Below, in pieces: positions 48,868 through 59,425 of a DNA stretch of 64,000 nt (position 1 is the first letter of the stretch; every line of letters starts with the position of its first letter). Origin of the DNA: Tricharina praecox (taxonomy: Eukaryota). The notes beneath the pieces are model-generated. The model had not been told where the DNA came from, did no database searches, and saw only the letters and a program-made list of their open reading frames with translations. The DNA lies in NCBI RefSeq assembly GCF_024521635.1, contig NW_026250410.1, positions 1,178,001-1,242,000 of the forward strand, in the 5' to 3' direction. The position numbers and the translations under genes are program-made.

Positions 48868-50088
48868 TTAAAGATAGAAAGCTAGCCACACTTTCAGCCT
48901 CCCGGAGGGGTAGACCCAACACCACCCGCAAGACACACACCCGTTGTTGCCATACACCGGAGCATGATATCCATAGCCCGGGTCTCGGTACCCACCATTC
49001 TGCTGCTGCTGCTGCTGCCAGCCCTGCGGGTACACCGGCGAAGCTGGAACCATTGCCGCGGTCCCGTACGGCAGGCCCTTCCTGTCCGCAGAGTGTTCCG
49101 CCGCGGCGGCCAGGAGCATAGCATCGGCATTGACATTCTCGGCAATAGTCCAGACCCTAACGCCGACGCCGCGGGCCTCGACCTTCTCCACGAGCTCCAG
49201 GATCGCCTTCCACGCCGCCGCATTCGCAACCGCCTTCTTCCCGCGCGCGCGCGTCCACCCATTCGCCTTCCACGTGTACACGCAGCTGGACAGCGCATGC
49301 ATCACGCGGCGCGAATCCGTCACGAGCACCACGTTCCGTGCGGTGGGCCACTCGCCGCCGCCGTCCGCCCCCGCGCCCTCGTGCTGCAGCAGCGACAGCA
49401 CCTGCGCCAGTACCTGCTCTGTGGCGTAGAGCTCGGCGTGCAGGCGCGTGCGCGTGCGCTCGTTCGCGCCGTGCGGGACCACGCCGGAGAGGTTGCGCGC
49501 GCTGCCCGGCCCGTGGAAGATCCCGTAGGTGAGGGTGTTCGTCGCGGCGTTCAAACGGCCCACTACGCTGACGATGATGCAGGACGGGTCGATGTACGTG
49601 TCTAGGCGGCTGTGCGCCGCGGATCGGAACTTGGATTTGTGTGGGAAGCTGGGGGTCGCCGGCGTCCAGAGTGTGTGTGAGAAGCCGGTGCACGGGCTGT
49701 AGGAGGTTACTACGGACGGGTCCACGATCGTCTGCGGGAAGCCGAGAAGTCGCGAGGTGAATGTGCGGGTGTACTTTTCGGGGTAGGAGACGGACCCAGG
49801 GGAGGTGTGGTGCCGGTAGTGGGTGGCCGATAGTGGCGGCGAGGTTCCGCTGGTGTCGGAGGATGAGGAGGAGATGGTTGAGGCATCGGAGTCCACCAGC
49901 GATGGCGGAGCGTGTGGTGAGTCCGGCGGCGTGGCGGTCTCTGCAATGTCCGAGTAGATGGAGTGTTCCTCCGTGACGGTATCCGCCATGTCCGCGTACA
50001 GGGAGTGTTCCTCCGTGTAGTCATCTTCAATGTTGTTTACACGGTATCGTGAAAGCGGAGGAGCAGATGAAGGTCTGATTGGTGACAT
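48868..50088 (-). CDS. RNase H-like domain protein, probably catalytically inactive, 406 aa; 3' end may be spliced
   Basis: YGIFHGPGSARNLSG, HAELYA, VVLVTDS, WKANGW..GKKAVAN, N.DA..LA motifs of fungal RNase H1-like proteins. Confidence 0.85.
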   Translation of the reverse strand: MSPIRPSSAPPLSRYRVNNIEDDYTEEHSLYADMADTVTEEHSIYSDIAETATPPDSPHAPPSLVDSDASTISSSSSDTSGTSPPLSATHYRHHTSPGSVSYPEKYTRTFTSRLLGFPQTIVDPSVVTSYSPCTGFSHTLWTPATPSFPHKSKFRSAAHSRLDTYIDPSCIIVSVVGRLNAATNTLTYGIFHGPGSARNLSGVVPHGANERTRTRLHAELYATEQVLAQVLSLLQHEGAGADGGGEWPTARNVVLVTDSRRVMHALSSCVYTWKANGWTRARGKKAVANAAAWKAILELVEKVEARGVGVRVWTIAENVNADAMLLAAAAEHSADRKGLPYGTAAMVPASPVYPQGWQQQQQQNGGYRDPGYGYHAPVYGNNGCVSCGWCWVYPSGRLKVWLAFYL

Positions 50089-52649
50089 GACAACTGACTA
50101 TTTTTGATGGCCTGGAGTCTCTGCCGGATGGGATGATGAAGTGTAGATAGGACAATTTACAATTGAGAGGGGGAGTATAGCAGTTCAGTGGAAGAAGGGA
50201 TTGATCAATTGTTTGAAGGAGCCCAAGCTGGGGGGAGTGTTCAGTGAGGGTGAGGATCAAGCATCACTTTAGTAGTGCTCCTTTTATCTCTGGGCCATGC
50301 AGTTGCACGCATGCTATGGTTATCGACTGACAGGTGCTTTCTGTCCGACAGACGGACGGGATTGGCCCATTGAGACGCCCCAACCTGGAGTTTTCCTGGT
50401 TCATTCCCGCCATCGTCTGTCAATACGGTCCAACACGGGAGGGAGGGGGGGATCAGAACGGAGTTGCTGTGATGGGGTGGTGGTGGTGGTGGATGCATGG
50501 AGTATGGAGTGGGTGTGCGCCAGTGTCTGCCCTGATTACCTTTCTCGGCCGGCCAATGTCCATCGATTAGTTACGGTAACGCCTCGGCTTGCTTTTTGTC
50601 TTCCTTTTTTGTCTTTCTTTTCCGCCGATGGGTGAGTTGCGAGTGCGATAGTTAGCCCTCTTCGCCGCGTGCCGCGCTTGTGATATCTACCGTATGCGTC
50701 TGTCACATCTTGTTTGTATGCATTATACATCATATATGCATAAGAGTACGGAGTATGTAGTGTATCGGAGCTCTTCAGGGAGCTACGGTAGCAAAACACG
50801 ATCGATCCGAAGCAATGCACTCCTTCATTCATGCTCCCGCGTCTCCAACTTCTCCACTCGTTCCAATCCCCCCAATCCCCAACCGACCAGTCGTCAGCCA
50901 GCCAGTCAGCTTCGAGCGAGCGTGTGCTGTGCTGCTGTGCTGCATGTGCCATGACTGCGAGCGAGAAAAACTCCTCCCTTGGCACTATTCACAAGTGCAA
51001 AAGGTAAAAAGTAAAAGCAAAGGCAAAAGCAAAGGCAAAAGCAAAGGCAAAAGCAAAGGCAAAAGTAAAAGCAAAAGCGAAAGGAAGAGCAAATGCAAGA
51101 GCAAATGCAAATCAGAATTTTTGGGTTTGGACAGATTGACGGATGGAAAGATGGAAAGACAGACAAAGGGCGGCGAGAACGAACGAGCCAGCGAGAGAGA
51201 GAGCACCTGCTGCCACGCAATTTTCCCCATGGCCCCACTCCACCACCCCACCCACCACACACACGTCTCAGGGCATCTCTGCGCCGCCGCCGCCGTTCAT
51301 GTTCCAGAATTATCGTCTGGCTTCTGGCTTCTGGCCGGCCGTTTCTGTTGCGGGAGGCGAAGGTAGCCACGCTCCCGCTCCCATCCACATCCACATCCAT
51401 CCACATCCGCCTCTGCCTCTGCCTCTAGCTCTGGCTGATGAACATGAGGGGTTCGATGCTAGCTAGGTAGCCGGCTAGCGCGTGCATCTGCAGTTGAAAC
51501 TTGCGGGGGGAAATACCGTTTGCACTGAGCAAAGCAGAGCACTCCGTCTGTTCGCGGCAAATGCTGGCGCTTGGTGGTGTCTCCTGGGTCCTCTCCTCTC
51601 GGTGTCAGCACCTACATATGTAGTAGAGTACCGTAGGTACGGTAGGTACCATAACTACTGCAGGGAGCGCAAGAAAACTGCAGAAAGTCTCTCCCTCCGC
51701 GCTCGAGTCTCGCCTATGCAACCAACTATGTGAATCCCGGGAATGAATTGAGTTTCACGGGTGCTTACTGTCGGATATGTTTACCGGAAGATTCGCTAGC
51801 CAGTAGCGACCATCCATCCATCCATCCATCAATCTCCAGCCAGCCAGAGCATGATGCACGGGCTTTCTGCTAGTTATGATCGCCAACTAACCACTGTGCA
51901 TCGTGGTGGATCAGATATCAGGTTTACATTCACGTTCACGCTCTCTCCCTCCCCCTCCCTCTCCTCTCCGCCGCATACGTAACTCGAGGAAGGAAAAAGA
52001 AAAGAAAGAAAACAAAAACCCGGTCTGGCTCCGTTAGCTAACCCACGCGCGCGCTCGCTCGCACCGGCGATCATCAGCATCCTGAACGAGCGAGGGTGTC
52101 ACACAGTGCACACACGGAATCTGCAGTTCTCCTCACCTTCTTTTCACGTGGGAACTTGGAAGGGTTGAGGGACGGTTTCCATCGAATCCATCTTGAAAAG
52201 AAAGCCTGAGTCTTGATTCGGCTAGAGGGAGTGGCGGCGGGCGGCGGGAAAGTGCACGTCTGAAGACTTAGGTAAGACATAAGACAGGCTGGAGTAACCA
52301 GTTTGAGCGGAGGATGAGGAAGAGGAAGAGGAAGAGGAGTTGAAAGCGAGCTTTTAGTCGAGTGTTGGACTGACTGTACTGAGTGTACTATATTGACTGT
52401 ATTGACTGACTGTATTAACTGTCTATACGATAGCTTTTTTCAGCATAAGGCGGTTAGGTTCGTCGTATGTCTATAGCAGAGCGTGAATGAGAGTGAGTGA
52501 GTTTGAGAAGTGGGAATGAGAGTGAGTGAGTGGTGGTGGCGTCGGCGTGGCTTTATTGTCCAGTCCCCTTCCTCTCCAGCCCCTGCGGGCCACACCATCT
52601 ATCCACGTCCACTCCACGTCTATGGACGGAAGTGGTTCCCGCCAAGCGA

Positions 52650-52932
52650 GCGTCTGGTGGCTTGTGGCGCTCCTGGTTGTCTCCTAGTCGTGCGATATAA
52701 ACGGAAGCTATTGACGTCTGAAGCGACATATGATAGCACGGTGAAGGAGAGAAGAAGAGCGAGAATAATAGCCACCGCCGTCTCGCGGCTTGCGGCTTGC
52801 GGCTTGCAGCGCTCCACCTCCCAGTTGCAATATAAACGGAAGATACTGAATTCTGAGGCGTTGCCGCTATCTACCTATGATAGCAAGGTGAAGGAGAGAT
52901 GTCAAGAGCGAGAATAATAGCCACCGCCGTCT
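52650..52932. repeat. Diverged tandem duplication, unit about 135-150 nt, 2 copies
   Basis: ATATAAACGGAAG..TATGATAGCA.GGTGAAGGAGAGA..AAGAGCGAGAATAATAGCCACCGCCGTCT occurs twice, ending at 52783 and 52932. Confidence 0.9.
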
Positions 52933-53429
52933 GACCGGGAGCCATTTCCACGACGTGGAGGTGCGCGCCGCGAAGCTCACGCTGCGTCGAGGGGGGGAGA
53001 TCGAGGAGATCAACCTCCAAGGGATCGTCTAATGCGTCTACCATGATAGGAAAGCACTTAGTCAAGGATTCCGTCCGTCTTTTAAGCCACCGGTACCCGC
53101 GAAACGGCTCGGCTCGGCGTGGTGAATCCACGCCGCGTTGTGCTGGAACCTACCTATACGTCCGAAAGACATCCCACGAACATCCACATACCGAAGCTGT
53201 GGAGGATACATAAGACGAACTGCCTTCTAGAAAAACAGCAGAGTGCAGATGATGGTGATAGCGTTCGGTAATAACCATCAGTATAACTGCCATTCTCTTC
53301 ACAATACTTACGATTCAAAATCCCGCCGCGCCTCTAGAATCTAGCCTGCAACAACTGGCGGCGGCGGCGCACGACTCATTACCTTCTTCGTCTTCTTCGA
53401 AGAAAGTTGATATGATTTGTGTACGACCT

Positions 53430-56400
53430 CAAGTCCACTGTCCACAAACTTTTTGCTTTCGACTTTCGGCCTAGCCAGCCAGCCCGCCGGCTGCAAACTA
53501 CTCTAGTTGGACGTTGTGAACGCCCTCGTTTCCCCGCTCTCGTTTCCCCCGCTTCTTGCAAGCCCGCAACCACAAGCCCTCGCCGACAGCGAACGGCACA
53601 CAGGACGCCCATTCCGTCTGGAGGACCGGTGATTAAACGTTAGGCCATGCCTAATCGGACGCCAGGCGACGAGAATAAGCCTTTTCTTATTGGTAGACGC
53701 CCCCACACGCCACGCGCCACGTCCGGCCATTCCTTCCTTCATCCCTAACCATCACAGACGTTGCCGGCCCGCGCACCCCCCCTCAACAGACTACAGACTA
53801 CAGCCAGACCCTTGTAGATGTTTTCGAGGCCATCTCCACCATTTTTCCGAATCACATGCGTCGTCTTCCGCAAGCAGGTGGATGCCTGCCCGCCTGTCTA
53901 TCTGCCTGCCTGTCTAGACGCAGCTCGAGCATCGCCTGCATCGACAGTGGTCAACGCAAAACGCAAAACGCCGTTCGCGTCGGGATCAATGCTTCTGGCT
54001 CTGGTAATTCCCACGTCCTCCGGGGGAAATCACGTCCTCCGGGGGAAAGGAGAAAAAGGTCAAAATCCCCCACGAGATGAGATGAGATGTGTCTGCAATC
54101 GGCTGGTGAGAGGTGAGAGATGGGAGCCAAGAGGACTACGGCGATGCGGTGCGGGGCGCTTCTCTCGCATCCTGTCGCATCCGCGGCGGAATGTATGCAT
54201 GTACTATTACAGGTATAGCCGCGCTCTGGATACTGCTATGCAGTACGTACATACTATGAGCACACAAACGCTCTCGACGGACAAAAGTCCAGCTCGGCCG
54301 CTAACTATGTACTTACTTTTGGAATTTTAGTATATCCTAACCGGGCCTCTGGAGACTATGAGGAATCGAATTCGGAAATGGATGTATACTTCCATCCTTC
54401 GGGGTGAGGTCCCCTTCTACCAACTCCCTCGCAGTAGAGCTTAGGATTTACCGGTAGCGGTGAGCACTCAGTACCGTACCGTCACACACGAGGGCAAGTT
54501 CATGACCCCGAAAGACCGACTCTGCACCTTTATCACACTCAGAGCTGACGCAGCGAGGAGCCCCCCTCAGTCCTGTGGATCCAGCAGAAAAAGGCTCCGG
54601 CGCAAGGCAAAGCCCCAAGGTCTAAAGGGTGAGAGCGTGAGTGCGCATTTGGGAGAGTGGAAGCAGATGGACAGACAGCTACCATACGGTTCTCAATTAC
54701 CGGTACATATACGTCCGAAATTTGCTGCTTTTTTGCACTGCAATCATAGTATGGTGGGAATAATTGCCAGTGGCCTCTGACATGCTGGAACGATATTCCG
54801 AGTTTGGGGATGGTGGGCGCTGGGCAGCTGGGTGGAAGGGAAGGGAAAATACGAGGATGGAAGTGCCCGCATCGACTGTGCGCCCCAAGATCGAACACTG
54901 CACAAATGTGTCGTGTCGGTCGCCGAATTGAATTAGTGATTTTCTCTATCCTCAAGTCAGATGGACGGCAGATGCAGATGCAAAAGAGCCCAGACGAAAG
55001 CCCTCGCGTTAGCCTTTGCGCGAGTGAGAGGATGTGCAGTTAACGGCTGCTAGTTGGGTCACTGGGTGATATTCCATGAGATAGTGGCCTGTCGTCCACG
55101 GTCGACCGTGATGTTATCGTGTTGGAGCTAGAGTAGATAGAAGCCGGAGAAGTTGCAATCGTCGATGATAATATGTACTGGTATTGTACTCTGCTAAGTG
55201 GCGCTGTATATCCAGTCGAGTGGTTGTCGAGCGTTTTCGCTTCCCAAAATCGGCAAGCATAACTCAGCCCAGCATCCAGAATGTTTAGGGTTGCTGTAAG
55301 TTTAGCGTGCTTAGGTTTCTTAGCGCCGCAGAGCCGCTGTGCAACGTCAAAAAATCACGCCGATCTCCCAACAGGCGAGGGCGGTTTTCCACCGTTTGCG
55401 CAACAAGGACAACACTCATCCTCCGCCCATTGTTCCACCGCCAAACCTCAGCAAATCCACCCAGCGATGCGTTTACTGATAGGCGACGATGTCGGTCAAG
55501 CTAAGGGTATGAGCGCTCTTCTCGCCTCCACCATCCCCCAATCGCTACTCAATCCAGCTAACAACATATCGCGAATAGTGATCGAGACTTCTGAAGGGAT
55601 CGACACCACGCTTCCTTCGTCCGCGCGCGCAACGACTACTTCGTTCTTCCCGCCTTCTCGGACACGGCCAATCCAATATGCCCTGCGTGTGCGGTATATG
55701 GGTCGAGACGGCCTCGTAATTACCCACCCGCCACTCCCCCGATCAAATTCGAAATCTAACGTGACATTCCTTCCAAAGGTAGCAGTCCTCTCGAAAGGCG
55801 GACTCCTCCGCATCTTTGATCCCAGCTCGTCCCCCAGCAGCCCCGAAATCCTCTTCTCCTACACCCTCCAAGTCCCTGCCGAAACCAACACCGTCGCACT
55901 GGGCACCGACTCGGAACACGCCACGCTCTACGCCGCCACGGCAGAGGGAGTCGTCCTCTTTCTCGATCTGACCAGCGGCCACGAGCGGATCGTCCAAGTG
56001 CCCGGCCCCATCAGCACTTTCGGCGCATCACCCGATCTCACGGCAGTCGCCACCGGCGGAACCGGCAAGGACGTGGAAATCTACACTTGCGCTGCGAAGG
56101 GCGAATGGGCCTCCGCCTGGAAGGCGCGAAACGTCAAGCTCACACACCTCAAGCTCGAGGTGCCCGTGCACCCCAGCCAGATCCATTTCCTACCGGCGCA
56201 GCAGGGCACGTGGCGCATGGTGGTGGCGACCAACTACGGACACGTCAGGGTCTACGACACCGCCGTGTCGAGACGGCCGGTGTTTACCGCCGAGCCGTCG
56301 AAATCTGCCATCAAGGCGATGCGGATACACCCCGACTCGGAGATCCCGGATCCAGCGCTGCCGCTGGTGGCGACGAAGGGTCTGGAGGCTGAGAAGGCGT

Positions 56401-59400
56401 GTCTGGCTGCGGATCTGATGGTCGTCTACGCAAATACTTCGGCAACGTTTAGCACTTACAGTCTACGCGAGCGCAGGGAGATGGGGCTCTTCAAGGGACT
56501 GGACGGAACGGTCAATGGTATCTCGGTGGATACGGACAACGGTCTTGTTGCGGGTGTCGGCTTCGGAAGGTACCTGGCCGTGTACGATGCTTCAACGCGT
56601 GAGCTCAAGTCGCGGGTATTCGTCAAGACCGCGGGCTGCTGTGTCGTGGTTCTGGATGGCGAGGACGAGGCCGTCGAGGAACCGGAGAAACGGGACGAGG
56701 AGGAGGACGTGTGGGAAGCTATGGAGGAGGTCAAGACCGCACGGCAGCTGGAGGCGGAGGCGGCGGAGGAAGAGGGGGATCGCGTCATCAACGTCCGTGT
56801 CAAGAGGAAAAAGGATGGCGTGAGACAGGAAGCGGGGAAGAAGCCGAAGATTTCCGAGGACCAATAGGGTGGGCGAACTTGGGGGAATTAATTTTCGGCG
56901 TCTCTGTCGTTTCATTGTAACCTCTTGTCTTGTTTTCTTTGGCATCTGATTGCGAGACTTCAAACTTTACATATCATATCATGACTGCTGGCTGGCTGGC
57001 TCTGGAGACAAAAGCGAGGTGAAGACGGGCAGACATGTCACATGTGCCGGTCCGACTGTCGACTGTCGACTGTCGAATGTCCGATGTGACGCATGGGGGT
57101 GATGTATCCAAGAAGTAATAATTACTGCGTTCGATTGAACGGCTTTTTTCCATGGATTCATTGGTCCGGCTTGTTGGGAAACCTGCTCCACAAGCGATCA
57201 CTCATTCCACCCATCAAGCCTACCTACCCTAGATCTTCCTTTATCCGCCAGCGTTCCGGACGCCGCGCTGAGGCGGTGGTGGAGCGTGACTGGGCCGTTT
57301 GTATGTAATTGAGCGCTGGCGGCTGCACAGTGCAGCGAAGTGGTGCTGGAATTTCCAACGGAGACGGATATGGGCGAACGCCGTATCCTCGTGGGCCTAG
57401 GTGGTATGTAGCAGGATAATCTACATACATTGACTCACAAGGTACGGTACTCCTCTCTTTGCCATTCGGTGCAAAGTGGTGCCTCAACGGACTGTTGAAC
57501 GGCGAGGTCCCTCCATACGGACAGGGTAGGACATGACAGGACAGGCAATATTTTATGAACCGTTGGTGCGTTCGCCAAAGTCTATGTCTATAATGAAAAG
57601 GCCGTATGCGAAACAAAATCTATGACCCCCGAAGCGTTCCATCAACGTTCTGGAAACCTCTCAAACACCTACAAGGTAGGTATGCTTTCCGGACCGACAG
57701 GCGACAGGCGACAGGTCAAGGCACGGCATGGCATGCACTCACGCACGGCATCCACGGTCCACCCTACGCAGTCCACCATGCCGTCCCCCGACGGCCTACC
57801 CGCATGGACAGGGTGGCATACTCACTCTACATACCTACTCGCCTTGTCCTGCCCTGACGTGATATCCAGAAATCCTACATACCACGGTATACACAAGGGG
57901 AGGTGGGCGGTTCGGCAGCCACCGGGCCCGAGAACAGCCCTACGTACCTAGGTACTCTGCTATATACACACGTATGTACTTAATGTATGTACATGTGTAA
58001 GTACATGTGTATTTCCGGGCTTCTAGAAAAGAGAAAGAAAAAAAAGGTGATGTAACTAAGCACCGGCACGGGGCGGAAGGCTGGGAGGCTGGGATCAGCT
58101 CGTTCGAACGAAGTTATTCCCTTCCGGTAGCTAGGGGCGAGAGATTGTGTGTGTGTGGTGCGTGCGTTGGGCGCGTGTGCGTGTGTTAGAGACCGGGTTA
58201 GTGGGACGGAGGCGGCGGAGCGGCGGAGGTCGCTATGCTACTTACATGTACGTATTACGAACTGCCGGCCGGTGGGTGGGGTGCTTGAGTAAAGCAATGA
58301 GAAGGGCTCGGCGGGCTTGGGTGGCTTGGAAGTTGGGTGGCTTGTAATTGGGTGGAAGTTGTGTGGTCGTCTGTGGAAGTTGAAGGCTTGGAGCATCGTG
58401 ATATCGCATGGTGGATTAACCATCAAGGCTAGAAATAAATGTTCCCCCTTCGGTCACCGATCATACGTTATAGTTAAGCCGTATGCGTAAAAACGGGCTC
58501 AGGCACATGCACAGGCACAGCCTCACAGGCACAGGTGGTTACATATCTCCACTTGATAACCCGCAAAACATCCGAAAGCACATAAAACCCACCAATGAAT
58601 CTTCCCCGTTCCGCCGAGAAAGAAAAACTCAGATCGAGTGACGTCCCGAGATTGCGTGTGCGGTGCGCAAGTCGGCAGTTGATATTCGGAACTAACTAAC
58701 GTTAGTTACCCCGGAAGTAAGCTGCGAACGTGAATGTGAACGCCGGATCTCCCAACAGAACCATATATTCCTGCACGCCGTACCTGCCCGCCGTACCACT
58801 ACATACCTGCCCGCTGACAGGCGCTGACAGGCGGCAGCGGAAGCAGGTACACTACATTTCGCGCGGCATGTGCCAGAGCAGAAAAGAAAGAAGAAAAAAT
58901 AAATCTGCGGGATTTTGCGAGTTGGCAGGATGTGTTGACGGCACCGAACGTGCAGACCCAGGCACCGGAGCTGCACATGGACGTCTGTCGGTCGGTCGGT
59001 CGTGCTGATCCCTGTGCAGCAGGCCGGATTCTTCCTCCCACGTAGAGTTAGTAGGTATGGCCGCGCACATGCTGGCACTCGTTGCGTGCTGCGTGTCGAG
59101 TGTGTGGTGTGTGCGCCCGCCCGAATCGTGTTAATCGATCATCGCGGCGACCTGATCTTCCCGCAGACTAGGAGGCGGGGGAAGAGGGGAACACCTTGAT
59201 CGGCCAACCGGGCGCGCAGAAGATTGCCGTTAAGTTGAAGCCAGGTACTCTACATAGGTATGTAGGCGGTGGCTGATCAAACTCCAGAGTCCGGCCATGG
59301 CCGTGCAAGTCTCCTGTGCAAAGCCGTGCTCTCTTAACAAACCGTGGGGGTAACTACCTGGGTATATCCACGCCCAATACCGACACTTACGGGTGCTTCT

Positions 59401-59425
59401 AGAACTCCAGCTGTGGACCATGGTC
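53430..59425. repeat. Degenerate inverted-repeat pair enclosing NSA1
   Basis: 53528-53558 / 59169-59192; 53865-53917 / 58814-58843; 54470-54480 / 57441-57451; 54692-54700 / 57305-57313; 55155-55177 / 56968-56988. Confidence 0.75.
55467..56867 (+). CDS. NSA1: Ribosome biogenesis protein Nsa1/WDR74 (WD40); join(55467..55506,55579..55715,55779..56867)
   Basis: Start MRLLIGDDVGQAK, 'ATGG.GKDVEIY', 'WKARNVK..HLKLEVP', 'T.YGHVRVYDT..SRRPV', 'G.GRYL.VYD', acidic/basic tail with 'EDVWE.ME'; two introns with CTAAC branch sites. Confidence 0.9.
   Translation: MRLLIGDDVGQAKGMSALLASTIPQSLLNPANNISRIVIETSEGIDTTLPSSARATTTSFFPPSRTRPIQYALRVRYMGRDGLVITHPPLPRSNSKSNVTFLPKVAVLSKGGLLRIFDPSSSPSSPEILFSYTLQVPAETNTVALGTDSEHATLYAATAEGVVLFLDLTSGHERIVQVPGPISTFGASPDLTAVATGGTGKDVEIYTCAAKGEWASAWKARNVKLTHLKLEVPVHPSQIHFLPAQQGTWRMVVATNYGHVRVYDTAVSRRPVFTAEPSKSAIKAMRIHPDSEIPDPALPLVATKGLEAEKACLAADLMVVYANTSATFSTYSLRERREMGLFKGLDGTVNGISVDTDNGLVAGVGFGRYLAVYDASTRELKSRVFVKTAGCCVVVLDGEDEAVEEPEKRDEEEDVWEAMEEVKTARQLEAEAAEEEGDRVINVRVKRKKDGVRQEAGKKPKISEDQ

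Larger units (their letters stand above)
44280..53290. repeat. Outer degenerate inverted-repeat pair enclosing two genes, with nested sub-loops
   Basis: 44521-44543 / 53144-53170; 44772-44789 / 52602-52620; 45202-45219 / 51329-51343; 45465-45518 / 50822-50902. Confidence 0.75.

Noticed and set aside
48868..50088. RNase H ORF as a retrotransposon remnant
   Set aside because: No RT, integrase, gag or LTRs nearby; intact gene-like ORF.
55281..55466. ORF-track N-terminal extension of NSA1 resembling a signal peptide
   Set aside because: Nsa1-like sequence begins at ATG 55467; the extension is probably 5' UTR.
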